NCBI GenBank assembly: GCA_965227775.1
Contig: OZ245777.1
Location: 384,001 to 448,000, forward strand
Direction: 5' to 3'
Length of the DNA stretch: 64,000 bases
Source: Phycisphaerales bacterium
GTDB lineage: Bacteria; Planctomycetota; Phycisphaerae; Phycisphaerales; UBA1924
The translations under genes and the position numbers were made by a program. Positions within the stretch are counted from its first letter, which is position 1. Each line of letters opens with the position of its first letter. Under the pieces are notes generated by a model that saw nothing but the letters and a program-made list of their open reading frames with translations, had not been told where the DNA came from and ran no database searches. This document shows, in pieces, positions 28,001 to 39,525 of this stretch.

Positions 28001-29279
28001 GCGGGAAGAGACGGCAACGTACGCCGACCAGGAGCTTTCACGCCGGCAGAAGATCCTGGTTCGTCGGCTGGGCGAGCGCCAGCGGAAGCTGCTGGCCGAG
28101 CTCGAGGATGTCCGCCAGAAGACCGAAGGGCTCGACGAGGCCACAGCGTTCAAGCTCGCGCACGATCGCATCGAGCGATCTGGCGCGCGCGCCGGCGAGC
28201 TTCTCGAGGAGAGCACCGTGTCGGGCGACACGCTCTACTCACAAGACACTGTGGCCACCGTGCTCCGCGGCTTGATCGAGGCGCTCGACAGCAGCACGCA
28301 GCGCGGCGACCAGGACTTTGCCCAGGGCAACCAGGGCGGCCAGGGCTCGGGGCAGCCGGGCCAACAAGGAGAGGAAGAGGGCGTTGTACCGCCGATGGCC
28401 GAGCTCTTGCTCCTGCGGACCATGCAAGTGGAAGCGGCCCAGATGACACGGGCTATTGATGATGGCGTGCTCGGGCCGGAGCGCGTGACCGACGCGGGAC
28501 AGCTGCAGCGTGAGCTGAGCGAGGCGGCCCAGGAACTCGTGCAGAGACTCAGCGAGCAGCAAGGGCAACCGCAGCGGCCTGAGCCGGCGGGCGTGCGGAC
28601 GCAACCGTTCGGGTTCATGATGCCCGCTGTGTGGACGGCGTGGGAAGCGCGGCAGGAGGAATCGCCAGCGACCCAGGATGACCCGCCTTCACAGGAAGAG
28701 CCCGCGGATGAGCCGACGCTCGACGAACTGCTTGGCATCACCAACCCTGCCGGTGTCAGCGAAGCGCCGACCAATGACGACCTCGATCGCGAGCTCGAGG
28801 GTGGGCTCGCGGGCGCGTTCATGCGTGCGGTGGATCTCATGGAGCGGGCTTCGACGCGACTGAACAGCGACGGCGGCACCGGCATCGGCACCCAACGCGT
28901 GCAAGAGGAAGCGATCGCCGCACTGGACCAGCTCATCGAAGCGGCCCGCAACCAGCAGAACCAGCAGCAGCAACAACAGCAGCAACAGCAACAGAATCAG
29001 CAGCAGCAACAACAGCAGGCCCCGCAGCAGCAACAGCAGCAGGATCAGGGCGACATGCAGGAAACCCAGCAGTCCACTGATCCGCAGGGCGTGCAGGGCC
29101 GCCCGCAGCAGGGTGGGGCGCTGGGCGACGAGGCTGCGGTGGGCGCCACCTGGGGCGCGCTCCCCCCGCGCGTGCGAGAGGCGTTGCAGCAGGGCTCGTC
29201 GGACGCGTACAGCGCGGTGTACCGTGCGATCACCGAGGCGTATTACCGCAGGCTGGCCGAGGAGGCGAACAACGAATGA
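25041..29279 (+). CDS. Large membrane-anchored coiled-coil protein (DUF4175-like) with poly-Gln tract
   Basis: Three N-terminal TM helices, Ig-like region (GRDDFGLVSV, LTPGDEL), long Q/E/A coiled coils, C-terminal WGALPPRVRE...YYRRLAE. Confidence 0.8.
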   Translation: MASTHTGHASAKRLLGRLTRIRRQAKVLLVSRRLGWALAGVIGGLALVALLDYAVRLPSWVRYAALFGAIAAIAWALAKLVLPALRMHPSLTDLALRLENGRPELKGRLASATDLAKAGSLDARYEPLIDNLSRDAFPDMMKRPPTLRAGGVFVLVAGSIATFWIARPEPAVLGAERVLAPWTGIKWPSRTAVELAGMPAYHPLGDPIAIRGELTRTDRPVGRTRVEAWYTLDGGAPQRLALTSQGAPTDGDSPEVYERLVNPAAEALRQTQRVTMELWLQTRDDRTETTTVELVRPPRVIRASALVEPPAYAERASSARVLGLGERRDRVPLAMGGEDTAVLGPVLAGSTVEFDLRFSTAAAPELSVDATDETGERVTSSIEPMADGLGAIVRVGAEIPALLSIELRDELGIPSTRPLVIALDVLADADPTAAVLEPAQDESVLPTATLAMVGEGRDDFGLVSVELLAQRATPPAGSQGAPPEPVGEIVTLATWGDETAPLEARAAAVVELADFDLTPGDELLVHALAMDLRRGEPTESAIRRLRIIGETELVEQLRAEMSAVRESAKRLDRTQRDVLDEAAQLGEARASQDDAELAREQGDLTSQLSRQAETVREIADRMERNALDDEALAELLRMAREHLNAAAEQSDRAQASLGESSESQEAGEQQQSRDTAQRAQERVRDELGGLVGLLSRDEDEWLARRDLDRLIEQQRELQEQTRQAEAESAGRSLDELTQEARSRVEQIAQRQAELARRAQDAIDQLADRAEAIAESDPARAETLRDAAQRGREGEAPREMQQAAQQAQQNQMSSAQQSQQRALDALEEMTDRLDEAGQDRDAELRRVLAELSAAIEALISRQTDEIARLEVAQVSRMFDGLDRTMIGISRDTAALAEDRASSDESLAGIARKLLDAAEAQDAAIVALRAQPIDDTEALLQERASLERLESALEEAQMLDQQAQQRELERQRRELRKAYAEALAGQASLREETATYADQELSRRQKILVRRLGERQRKLLAELEDVRQKTEGLDEATAFKLAHDRIERSGARAGELLEESTVSGDTLYSQDTVATVLRGLIEALDSSTQRGDQDFAQGNQGGQGSGQPGQQGEEEGVVPPMAELLLLRTMQVEAAQMTRAIDDGVLGPERVTDAGQLQRELSEAAQELVQRLSEQQGQPQRPEPAGVRTQPFGFMMPAVWTAWEARQEESPATQDDPPSQEEPADEPTLDELLGITNPAGVSEAPTNDDLDRELEGGLAGAFMRAVDLMERASTRLNSDGGTGIGTQRVQEEAIAALDQLIEAARNQQNQQQQQQQQQQQNQQQQQQQAPQQQQQQDQGDMQETQQSTDPQGVQGRPQQGGALGDEAAVGATWGALPPRVREALQQGSSDAYSAVYRAITEAYYRRLAEEANNE
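28950..29047 (+). repeat. CAG/CAA poly-glutamine tract
   Basis: NQQNQQQQQQQQQQQNQQQQQQQAPQQQQQQDQ, in frame. Confidence 0.9.
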
Positions 29280-30313
29280 CGCGGACGGCGATCGCGATGG
29301 TGTTGGCAGCACTCACGACCGGGCCTGTATCGGCGCAGGATGCCCGTGCGCCCGCCGACCAGCCGTTCGTTGAGATCACGCCCGAGCTCGACCAGACGAT
29401 CGCGGATGGCCTGGCCTTCTTGGCTGCCCAGCAGAACGCCGACGGCAGCTTTGGCGATGGCGCATGGGGCCGGGGCGTGGCGGTCACGTCACTTGCGGCG
29501 CTCGCGTTCATGGCGGATGGGCAGATGCCCGGGCGCGGCCAGTACGGCGACGTCGTGCGACGCGCGCTCGACTACGTGCTCGAGCGCTCGGGCGAGAGCG
29601 GGCTGCTGGCCGACGACCAGGCGCCAAGCCCGATGTACGGACACGGCTTCGCGGCGCTCTTCCTCGGCGAGGTCTATGGCATGAGCCAGGGCAGCGAGGC
29701 GTTGCAAGAGCGCCTGCATGAGGCGCTGGTCAAGGCCGTCCGCCTCATCGAGCGATCCCAGAACGACGAGGGTGGCTGGCGCTACAACCCCGTACCGAAT
29801 GACGCCGACGTGAGCGTGACCATCTGCCAGGTGATGGCGCTGCGCTCGGCGCGCAACGCGGGCATCGAGGTCAGCAGCGACGTCATTGATAAGGCCGTCG
29901 AGTACGTCAAGCGCTGCCAGAACGCCGATGGCGGATTCCGGTACCAGGAGCGCGCCGGCACGAGCGCGTGGCCCCGATCGGCCGCCGGCGTCGCAACGCT
30001 GTATTACGCGGGCGAGTTTGGTGATGAGGCGATCGATCCCGGCGTGCAGTACCTGATCCGTGAGGCGCTGCCGGGCCAGGGTCTGCGTCGCGGATACTTC
30101 TACTACGGCCACTACTACGCCGTGCAGGCCATGTATCTGGCCGGTGGTGAAGCGTGGGAGACGTGGTGGCCCGCAGTGCGCCGCGAGCTGATCCAGCTCC
30201 AGCAGGGTAATGGCTCTTGGCCCGATCGCACGGTGGGCACGGCTTATGGGACTTCCATGGCACTCATCGTGCTGCAAATGCCCAAGCGATACCTGCCGAT
30301 CTACCAGAAGTGA
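29276..30313 (+). CDS. Prenyltransferase/squalene-cyclase repeat protein (exported)
   Basis: QW-like repeats QQNADGSF, SQNDEGGWRY, CQNADGGFRY, LQQGNGSW; MYGHGFA; signal peptide. Confidence 0.9.
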   Translation: MTRTAIAMVLAALTTGPVSAQDARAPADQPFVEITPELDQTIADGLAFLAAQQNADGSFGDGAWGRGVAVTSLAALAFMADGQMPGRGQYGDVVRRALDYVLERSGESGLLADDQAPSPMYGHGFAALFLGEVYGMSQGSEALQERLHEALVKAVRLIERSQNDEGGWRYNPVPNDADVSVTICQVMALRSARNAGIEVSSDVIDKAVEYVKRCQNADGGFRYQERAGTSAWPRSAAGVATLYYAGEFGDEAIDPGVQYLIREALPGQGLRRGYFYYGHYYAVQAMYLAGGEAWETWWPAVRRELIQLQQGNGSWPDRTVGTAYGTSMALIVLQMPKRYLPIYQK

Positions 30314-30351
30314 CGCCGCCAACGATGCAACGCCGCCCGAGCCCTGACCGC

Positions 30352-31563
30352 ATGAACACCAACGCCCTGGCAACAACGACGATCTGCACGATGCTGCTCT
30401 GCTGCGCGAGCGCGCTCGGGCAGGCGTCGCCCGATCGCGTGGTCATCGATGCCGAGCTCGAGCGGACGCTGGTGACGGACGTGCGCTTCGAGCCGGGCCG
30501 CCTGGTGTACACGACCGCCGGCCGAGACGTGAGCGCGTCGCTTGATGGCTCGGTGGTGGCGCTCGTCGAGCCCAGCGGCAAGGCCCCGCGGCCACGCGGC
30601 AGCTGGGTCGAGCTCGCCGACGGGCAGCGGTTCGTTGGCATGCCGGTGATCCTCTCGACCAGCCAGGCCGAAGAGTTTGCTCGCGCGAGCGGCGAAACGG
30701 GGATGGCGTGGAGCACACCGCTGCTGGGGAACCTCCGCGTGCCACTGGCGGCGCTCCGCAGGGTGGTGCTCCGCGAGGAAGGCATGCCCGCCGAGTACGA
30801 CGACCTCAACGACGTCCTGGTGCTCTCCAACGGTGATCGCACACGCGGGCTGCTGGAACGCGTGTGGCCCGACGTCGTGCTCGATGTAGACGGCCAGACG
30901 CGTTCCTTCCAGCTCAGCGAGGTCGCGTCCATTACGCTGGCAAACCCGCTCCAGGAGCAGGCAGGCTCGCGCGTTTGGCTGAGCGATGGCTCGATCGTCG
31001 CGGTCGATGCACTCGAGACCGTGCCGGATGGCGTCGCTGTTGACCTGGCCGAGCCCGTCGGCACGCCCGACCAGCTGCTCGCGCCGCTGACGATGAACGA
31101 GGTGCTGGCCGTCGCCTTCGAGAGCGGCGGCGTGGTGCCCTTGGCGGCGCTGGGCGAACCACGCTGGTCGCAGGGATCCTCGTGGACGCTGCCGCCCGTA
31201 GTAGGTGACCCGGACCGCGAGTTGCTCGGGTCGGCCGCGATCGAGCTCATTGGTCCTGTATCGGCGGCCTGGGACATTCCCTCGGACGTGCGACGCGTGG
31301 CAATCCGCGCTCGCTTGCGTGAGGACTGCCGGGTGTGGGGAGACTGCGAAGTCACGGTGCGCGTGGGTGGCCGCGTCGCGTTTACCGAGCGGCTGAACGG
31401 CAACTCTCCGCAAGCACGGTTCACCATCGACCTACCCGCTGGTGACTCTGCCGACGGCCCCGCTGGTCCGCTCGAGGTGCAGATCGACGAGGGCGAGGGC
31501 GGCGCCATCCAAGATCGCGTGCTGCTCGACGGCTTCGTGCTGCTGTCCAGTCAGGCCGGTTGA
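30352..31563 (+). CDS. Exported protein with C-terminal NPCBM-like beta domain
   Basis: Signal peptide, VELADGQRFVG / VLVLSNGD / VWLSDGS beta repeats; last gene of the operon; start may be GTG 30310. Confidence 0.7.
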   Translation: MNTNALATTTICTMLLCCASALGQASPDRVVIDAELERTLVTDVRFEPGRLVYTTAGRDVSASLDGSVVALVEPSGKAPRPRGSWVELADGQRFVGMPVILSTSQAEEFARASGETGMAWSTPLLGNLRVPLAALRRVVLREEGMPAEYDDLNDVLVLSNGDRTRGLLERVWPDVVLDVDGQTRSFQLSEVASITLANPLQEQAGSRVWLSDGSIVAVDALETVPDGVAVDLAEPVGTPDQLLAPLTMNEVLAVAFESGGVVPLAALGEPRWSQGSSWTLPPVVGDPDRELLGSAAIELIGPVSAAWDIPSDVRRVAIRARLREDCRVWGDCEVTVRVGGRVAFTERLNGNSPQARFTIDLPAGDSADGPAGPLEVQIDEGEGGAIQDRVLLDGFVLLSSQAG

Positions 31564-31594
31564 TTTTCCTATAACCCTGTCTGGTCGTATGGAC

Positions 31595-31609
31595 TGGCGC
31601 GGAATTTGC
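31595..31609 (+). promoter_or_regulatory. Possible sigma-54 -24/-12 promoter
   Basis: TGGCGC-GGAAT-TTGC (GG-N10-GC) upstream of a PEP-CTERM-like gene; it also overlaps a short inverted repeat, so it is ambiguous. Confidence 0.35.
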
Positions 31610-31772
31610 GCCGGGTTACTGGCCAATCCGCCATATTGATGTACCTTGCCTCTAAGAGGAGTGATCGACGGGTGTGTGTGCCCCGTTGTGTTGGCGTGTT
31701 CTCAGAGCGCCGGCCGTCGCACGGGAAAGCCGTGCAAGCTCCGGCATCTTGATGCGCCTCGGGAGGTTGGGT

Positions 31773-32453
31773 ATGGCTCGCCAGTGGACAATCGGTTCGT
31801 GTTGCGCGCTCGCGCTCGCGGCCGCCAGCGCTCAGGGCCAGATCGACCCGGGCGACGCGGGCATCCGCACCATCTCGCCCGACGAGACGGCGAGCGTGGC
31901 CCTGAAGGCCTTCTCCCGCCGTGGTGAAGAGATCATCCACGGCCAGGAGCGGTCGCTGCTCATCGATCAGGCATTCCAGAGTGTCGGCCCCTTGCTGGGA
32001 GGGCCCGATGTCGTCCAGGCCAAGTGGAGAGAGATCCGCGGCACGGGCGTGAACGTGCTTCAGTTCGAGTTTCGCTCGCGTGATGGCAGCGCCCTTGTGC
32101 CCTCGGACTATCTCATCGAGGGAGAAGAAGCCGAGTTCATCGGCTGGGAGATCGGCCGGAGCGATCCGGTCGAGTTCCTCGACTTCACGGGCGACATCGA
32201 GGTCATCGAGTACAAGGTGTTCGTGAGCGAGAACGGTGGCATCGACTTCACGGTGTACGACCTGACCAGCTCGTTCCTCAACCCCTGGGACGGCGTGGAC
32301 TTTGGCCGCACCATCCCCCTGCGAACGCCGGGCGGGCCAGTCGAGTACAACCTCATGATCGTCGAGTACGAGTACACCTACACGGTGCCGGCACCGGCCA
32401 CCCTAGCCGTGATGGGCGGGCTGGGGCTCGCGAGCCTGCGGCGTCGCCGCTAG
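31773..32453 (+). CDS. PEP-CTERM-like (PAP) sorting-signal surface protein
   Basis: Signal peptide and C-terminal VPAPATLAVMGGLGLASLRRRR. Confidence 0.88.
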   Translation: MARQWTIGSCCALALAAASAQGQIDPGDAGIRTISPDETASVALKAFSRRGEEIIHGQERSLLIDQAFQSVGPLLGGPDVVQAKWREIRGTGVNVLQFEFRSRDGSALVPSDYLIEGEEAEFIGWEIGRSDPVEFLDFTGDIEVIEYKVFVSENGGIDFTVYDLTSSFLNPWDGVDFGRTIPLRTPGGPVEYNLMIVEYEYTYTVPAPATLAVMGGLGLASLRRRR

Positions 32454-32489
32454 GGCTTCCGCCACCATTTACAGACACTATACTGGGCC

Positions 32490-33470
32490 ATGTGCACCCC
32501 GAAGCACGTGGCCCTGTTCTTTTGTACGGCGTTGCTACTGACGAGCGCTTCGATTGCCCAGCGCACTGAGCTCGAGCTCTCCCAGCAGGGCTGGCAAGCC
32601 GCACAAGACTCCGAGCCCATGGACGCCGACGAGGCGTACATCCGTGAGGCCTGGGCCACGCTGCTGGGCGGCAAGCCCGGTACGGCTCGGTCGATGCTCA
32701 CCAAGTGGCTACGCGAGAACACCGGGACGGGCAACCAGTGGATACCGCTTGCTCTTCTCGTGCGTGGTGACGCCAAGGTCGCCTTGGACGACGAATACGA
32801 GGCGCTCTTCGACTACGAAGTAATCGCTCGAAACTACGCGGGCAGTCCGGAGTTCGTGAAGGCGGCCGAGCGCACGATGGTGATCGCCGTTGACTACATC
32901 AACGGCAAGAAGCGCAAGTTCCTGGGTCTCCGCATCAGCAGCGCCACGCGGGATGGAGAAGAGTTGCTCGTGCGGATCGCCGAGCGCTTGCCCGGCAGCC
33001 AGATCGCCGAACGGGCGATGCTCGAGCTTGGCGCGCATTACCGGCGGACGGGCGAGTTCGAGCTCGCGCGCGAGGTCTACGGCATCTTCCTCGAGGCGTT
33101 CCCGACGTCGAGCTTCTATCGGGCGGCGTTGCTGGCGCGCATCGAAGCAACGTTCGCGCAGTACAACGGTCCGCAGTACGACGGCTCGGGGCTCATCGAG
33201 ACCAAGGAGCTGCTGGACGTCTACGAGGCAAAGTACCCCGGCGACCTGGAAGTGCAGGCCGAACTCGACTCACTGCGGGTGCGCATCGACGAGAGCCAGG
33301 GCCAGCAGCTCCTGCAGATGGCCCGCGTGTACCTCATGCGTGACGAGAAGGCATCGGCCCGGTACGTGCTTCGCCGCCTGCTCGTTGAGCACCCGCGCAC
33401 GACGGCCGCACAAGAAGCCATCGACACGCTGCGCAAGCGGGGTTGGCTGCGACCGGGAGATGGCCCGTGA
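32490..33470 (+). CDS. BamD-like TPR outer-membrane assembly protein
   Basis: TPR helices, YNGPQYDGSGLIE, MARVYL...SARYVLRRLLVEHPRT; adjacent to an LptE-like gene. Confidence 0.75.
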   Translation: MCTPKHVALFFCTALLLTSASIAQRTELELSQQGWQAAQDSEPMDADEAYIREAWATLLGGKPGTARSMLTKWLRENTGTGNQWIPLALLVRGDAKVALDDEYEALFDYEVIARNYAGSPEFVKAAERTMVIAVDYINGKKRKFLGLRISSATRDGEELLVRIAERLPGSQIAERAMLELGAHYRRTGEFELAREVYGIFLEAFPTSSFYRAALLARIEATFAQYNGPQYDGSGLIETKELLDVYEAKYPGDLEVQAELDSLRVRIDESQGQQLLQMARVYLMRDEKASARYVLRRLLVEHPRTTAAQEAIDTLRKRGWLRPGDGP

Positions 33471-33988
33471 AGTCGCGACGAGTTGCTTCGCTCGCAGTCG
33501 TGGTGGCATGTTCGCTCGGCCTCGCCGGCTGCTCGAGCGATCCGTCGACGGGCTATAGCTTCGCGTCGAGCTACGACGATCGCGTGCAGAGCATCGCCGT
33601 CGAGGTCTTCCAGAACAACACGTTCCACCCCGGTCTCGAGTCGGACCTGACCTCGGCGCTCATCCGCCGCGTGCAGCTCGATACGCCGTGGGCCGTCACA
33701 AGCAGTGAGTCGGCGCAGACCGTGCTGACCGGCACCATCCGCGACGTGCAGATCCGCCGGCTGACCCAGGACACGCAGGGCGGCATCACGCAGCAGGCCG
33801 CCGTTCGCCTGACGGTCGACTTCACCTGGCGCAGCAACGTGACCGGGCGTGAGCTGGCGCGGCGAGGGAACCTTGCCGTCACCGAGTCGTTCCTTCCCGC
33901 GGCGGGCGAGCCGCTGGACGTCGGCCTGTCGGCGGCCGCCGAAGAGATGGCCGCCGCCATCCTGGAAGCCATGCGTTCGGTGTGGTAG
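33467..33988 (+). CDS. lptE: LptE-like lipoprotein
   Basis: Lipobox LAGC, VQSIAVEVFQNNTF..GLESDLTSAL, AQTVLTGTI. Confidence 0.8.
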   Translation: MKSRRVASLAVVVACSLGLAGCSSDPSTGYSFASSYDDRVQSIAVEVFQNNTFHPGLESDLTSALIRRVQLDTPWAVTSSESAQTVLTGTIRDVQIRRLTQDTQGGITQQAAVRLTVDFTWRSNVTGRELARRGNLAVTESFLPAAGEPLDVGLSAAAEEMAAAILEAMRSVW

Positions 33989-34223
33989 CACGACCCGGCG
34001 CCCGCAGCAGGGCGTACGAGTGCATGACGGGCGAGGAATGCACGCATCGGTTCGGGGGTTGGTCCCCGCAAGCCCCATAAGCGGGCGGCACGGGCCAGTC
34101 GGTCTCTAGGATGACCCGTTCGCGGGCCGATGCTCGTGGTATCAATGTCGGAAACCGGTGGCCGCCGAATCGCCCGAGGCGCCAACGCCGCCCCACCGCG
34201 GAGCATGCATGCGTCGATACGCG

Positions 34224-36251
34224 ATGAGCCAGGAAGATCAGAGCCCCAACCAGCCCCCCAAGGGACAGGGTGGAGGGCCCGGTGGCAAGCGGCCCGGCCC
34301 GCAGCCCTCAGGCCCGACGATGCCGCAGGGGCGGATGATGATCCTCGTCGTAGCTCTGGTGCTGCTGGCCGTCATGGTCATGCTGATGTTCCAGAGCGGC
34401 CGCGGCGAGCCGATCACGCTCGAGCAGTTCTACAGCCTGTACGACTCCGGGCAGATCGATGAAGAGAGCGTCGTGATTTCGGACGGGGCAGTACGCGCCG
34501 TTCGGCTCGATGGGCCCGACAGCGCCGAGCGCACCGCGGTCCGTATCGATCTCAACGCCGCAACGCGCGAGACGATCAGCGATCAGGTCATCGTCAAGAC
34601 CGAGGGCAAGGCCCAGACGCAGCCGAGCAGCAACTGGCCCGTGTACCTCATGCTCGGGCTGCCGATCCTGCTTTTCATCTTCCTGATCTTCCTGTTCCTG
34701 CGCAGCCTGCGCGGGGCCGCGGGCGGTGCGGGCATGCTGGGTAGCTTCGGCAAGAGCCGCCACCGTGTGTTCAACAAGGAAATGACCGGCGTCACGTTCA
34801 AGGACGTCGCGGGCATCGACGAGGCCAAGGACGAGGTCTCCGAGATCATCGAGTTCTTGAAGACGCCCAAGAAGTTCACCAAGCTCGGCGGACGAATTCC
34901 GCGCGGCGTGCTGCTGAACGGGCCTCCGGGCTGCGGCAAGACGCTGCTGGCCAAGGCCATCGCGGGCGAGGCCGACGTGCCCTTTTTTAGCATCTCGGGC
35001 TCGGACTTTGTCGAGATGTTCGTGGGCGTTGGTGCCAGTCGCGTGCGCGACCTATTCAAGCAGGCCAAGGACAACTCTCCGTGCCTGATCTTCCTCGACG
35101 AGATTGACGCCGTGGGGCGCCGCCGTGGCGGCGGGTACAGCACCGGCGGGCACGACGAGCGTGAGCAGACGCTCAACGCCATCCTCGTCGAGATGGACGG
35201 CTTCAACGCGACCGACGGCGTGATCGTGATCGCGGCGACGAACCGGGCCGACGTGCTCGATCCGGCGCTCGTGCGCCCTGGCCGCTTCGACCGCCAGATC
35301 GCCGTGAGCCTGCCCGACCTGAAGGGTCGACTGCAGATCCTCAGCGTGCACGCCAAGAAGGTGAAGCTGGGGCCTGACGTCGACCTCGAGAAGGTCGCGC
35401 GTGGCACGCCCATGTTCAGCGGCGCCGACCTGGCGGCCATTGTGAACGAGGCGGCCATCATGGCCACCATGGAAGACAAAGACTTTGTCGAGCACGAGGA
35501 TCTTGAAGAGGCCCGCGACAAGGTGAAGTTTGGTCGCGCCGGCAAGAGCCGTGTGCGCGAGAAGGACGAGAACAAGCTCGTCGCGTACCACGAGGCCGGT
35601 CACGCCGTGCTGCAGGCGCTGCTGCCAAATGGCGACCCGCTACACAAGGTAACCATTATCCCGCGTGGCGGCATGGGTGGCGCGACGTTCAGCCTGCCCG
35701 AGAAGGACCGCATGGGCTACGGGCTCAAGTGGATCAACACCACGCTAAAAGTCATGTGCGGTGGGCGCATCGCCGAGGCGCGCGCGATGGGCGACATGTC
35801 CAGTGGCGCTGCGCAAGACATCGCCCAGGCAACCCAGCTTGCGCGCACGATGGTGACCGAGTGGGGCATGAGCGAGAAGCTCGGCTTCCTGCGATACACG
35901 GGCACCGACTCGCGCGAGGCGTTCGTGCCCGACAAGGACTACAGCGATCGCACGGCCGACCTGATCGACCAGGAGGTCCGCCGGATCGTCGACGAGGCGT
36001 ACGCCGAGGCGAAGCGACTCCTAGACGAGAACTGGGGCAAGGTGGAATCGGTCGCCGAGTCGCTGCTCAAGCACGAGACGCTGACGGCCGAGGAGGTCCA
36101 CCTGCTGATCAGCGGCGGCTCGCTCAACAAGCCGTCGGTGTCGGACCTGCTGCTGGCCGACCGCGACCGGACGCCCAAGCCCAGGCAGGCCCAGCCCGAT
36201 GATGACGAGGGCCCTGAGATCGCCGGCGGCATGTCGCCCAGCCCGGCCTGA
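34224..36251 (+). CDS. ftsH: ATP-dependent zinc metalloprotease FtsH
   Basis: Two TM helices, [29 protein letters not shown]. Confidence 0.98.
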   Translation: MSQEDQSPNQPPKGQGGGPGGKRPGPQPSGPTMPQGRMMILVVALVLLAVMVMLMFQSGRGEPITLEQFYSLYDSGQIDEESVVISDGAVRAVRLDGPDSAERTAVRIDLNAATRETISDQVIVKTEGKAQTQPSSNWPVYLMLGLPILLFIFLIFLFLRSLRGAAGGAGMLGSFGKSRHRVFNKEMTGVTFKDVAGIDEAKDEVSEIIEFLKTPKKFTKLGGRIPRGVLLNGPPGCGKTLLAKAIAGEADVPFFSISGSDFVEMFVGVGASRVRDLFKQAKDNSPCLIFLDEIDAVGRRRGGGYSTGGHDEREQTLNAILVEMDGFNATDGVIVIAATNRADVLDPALVRPGRFDRQIAVSLPDLKGRLQILSVHAKKVKLGPDVDLEKVARGTPMFSGADLAAIVNEAAIMATMEDKDFVEHEDLEEARDKVKFGRAGKSRVREKDENKLVAYHEAGHAVLQALLPNGDPLHKVTIIPRGGMGGATFSLPEKDRMGYGLKWINTTLKVMCGGRIAEARAMGDMSSGAAQDIAQATQLARTMVTEWGMSEKLGFLRYTGTDSREAFVPDKDYSDRTADLIDQEVRRIVDEAYAEAKRLLDENWGKVESVAESLLKHETLTAEEVHLLISGGSLNKPSVSDLLLADRDRTPKPRQAQPDDDEGPEIAGGMSPSPA

Positions 36252-36267
36252 GACGCAGATTCAACAC

Positions 36268-36293
36268 GGCCCGGGCGAGATCCCGGGCCTTTT
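36268..36293 (+). terminator. Intrinsic terminator after ftsH
   Basis: ggcccggg-N6-cccgggcc followed by TTTT. Confidence 0.75.
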
Positions 36294-36415
36294 CATGCGC
36301 GGCGGGCCTGCGCCGGGCTTTCATCTGCCAAGATGACACCTTCGCGGCACCAGATGCTGGGGTGACAGCGGCGTGAGCACGCCGGGGGGGTCTTTCTGCT
36401 CGAAACTCCGGCCCC

Positions 36416-36934
36416 GTGGACAGGCACGCGGCTTGTAACAAGCCTTGCGTGAAGCCCTCGGCTGCCAACCCGAACGGTTCGAGTGCGGGACCGTCCCGCC
36501 TGAATCTGCTGCTGAGCGACGCCAGCCGGCCCGACCAGTCGTGGGCCGATCGACTGCCGCCGCTGCTGGCACCCATGGGCGTCCGCACGGTGCGGGCCCA
36601 CAGCGGGCGGGAGGCTTCTGAGGTCATCCGGGCCACGCCCATCCACATGGCCGTGGTCGACCTGGCCCTGCCGCTTGACGATGGGTCGGCCGAGGACGGC
36701 GGGCTGCGGCTGCTGGAACTCCTGCAACGCAGCGAGCAGCGGCCGCCGACCATCGTGATCCGCCGCGCGAGGACGGCCCGGGAGGCCAGCCGCGAGTCGA
36801 TGCGGGCGCTGCTCGCCGACGCGTTCGCGGTGGTTGATCGCCCGAGCCACCACCGAGACGTCGAACTGCTCCTGGAGGTGCTGCGCCGCGTTCTGGCGCG
36901 TCACTATCGAGGCCAGTGGCCCGGCGCAACATGA
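36416..36934 (+). CDS. Stand-alone response-regulator receiver (atypical); start uncertain
   Basis: AHSGREASEVI..IHMAVVDLALP...GGLRLLELL; the conserved KP is replaced by RP. Confidence 0.8.
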   Translation: MDRHAACNKPCVKPSAANPNGSSAGPSRLNLLLSDASRPDQSWADRLPPLLAPMGVRTVRAHSGREASEVIRATPIHMAVVDLALPLDDGSAEDGGLRLLELLQRSEQRPPTIVIRRARTAREASRESMRALLADAFAVVDRPSHHRDVELLLEVLRRVLARHYRGQWPGAT

Positions 36935-37089
36935 CAATCACCGGCACGTGCCGAGGGCTGTTCGCCGGGGAGGGCGGGGCGGCTTTCGGGACGGAGCCCG
37001 TTTCTGGATCGAAGGTCAGTTAGCTAGAACCGAGAGAACCAACCCAGTGCCCGTTGCGATCGGGCCTTTCGCAGAGGAGCGTTTGAACG

Positions 37090-37410
37090 ATGGCCGCCAC
37101 GAAGACACGCAAGAAACTGAACATCCGCCCGCTGCACGACAAGATCATCGTCCGCCGCGACGAGGCCGAGAGCGTCACCGCCTCGGGCATCTTCCTGCCC
37201 GAGAGCAGCAAGGACCGCCCCAAGACCGGCGTGATCGAGGCCGTCGGCGACGGTGCGCTCAACACCGAGACCGGTGATCGCGTGCCGCTGGAGCTCAAGA
37301 AGGGTGACCGCATCATCTTCAGCAGCTACTCGGGCACCGAGGTAAAGCTCGACGGTGACGAGCTGCTGATCATGACCGAGAGCGACGTGCTGGCGGTGCT
37401 CGAGGGCTGA
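37090..37410 (+). CDS. groES: Co-chaperonin GroES
   Basis: IRPLHDKIIVRR, TASGIFLP, YSGTEVK, ESDVLAV. Confidence 0.97.
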   Translation: MAATKTRKKLNIRPLHDKIIVRRDEAESVTASGIFLPESSKDRPKTGVIEAVGDGALNTETGDRVPLELKKGDRIIFSSYSGTEVKLDGDELLIMTESDVLAVLEG

Positions 37411-37441
37411 ACCAGTCCCGCAACTGCGGAGGGGACGGTCC

Positions 37442-37675
37442 ATGACCACCGACGAGCTGCGCGCAGCGCTCAAGGAATTGACCGGCGGGCGTGACGCCAC
37501 GTTCGCCTTCCACCATACCGGCGAGCAGGGATCCCTGCTGCTGGTGCCAAACGCGATGCTCGTGCCCGAGGAGGGCGACCACATGGTCAAGGTCACCGAC
37601 GGCCAGAGCATCGCCATCATCGACGCCGCAAGCGTGGCATGGGTGCGGATCGGTCCGCCTCAGTTGAACAGTTAG
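37442..37675 (+). CDS. Hypothetical 77-aa protein between groES and groEL
   Basis: SD GGAGG, typical codon usage, beta-rich sequence. Confidence 0.75.
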   Translation: MTTDELRAALKELTGGRDATFAFHHTGEQGSLLLVPNAMLVPEEGDHMVKVTDGQSIAIIDAASVAWVRIGPPQLNS

Positions 37676-37776
37676 TAGAGAACCACAACGTACGCACCGC
37701 CCCGGCCAACGCCCGAGGGCACGACGAGCACACAACCGGCCGGCACGGCCGCGAACGAACTTTGGGAGTGTGAACC

Positions 37777-39408
<1,632 letters not shown>

Positions 39409-39445
39409 TTGAACGACCTCGCAGTCTAACGCGACACTCCAATCT

Positions 39446-39480
39446 AACGGGCCTCACCATGCGTGAGCCCGTTTTGTTTT
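39446..39480 (+). terminator. Intrinsic terminator after groEL
   Basis: aacgggc(c)tcac...gtgagcccgtt followed by TTGTTTT. Confidence 0.75.
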
Positions 39481-39525
39481 GGCTCGTGCCGAATCACCCA
39501 ATCACCCAAACTCGAATAGTGCCAA

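Noticed and set aside
36935..37089. CIRCE/HrcA operator upstream of groES
   Set aside because: No TTAGCACTC-N9-GAGTGCTAA or close variant found.
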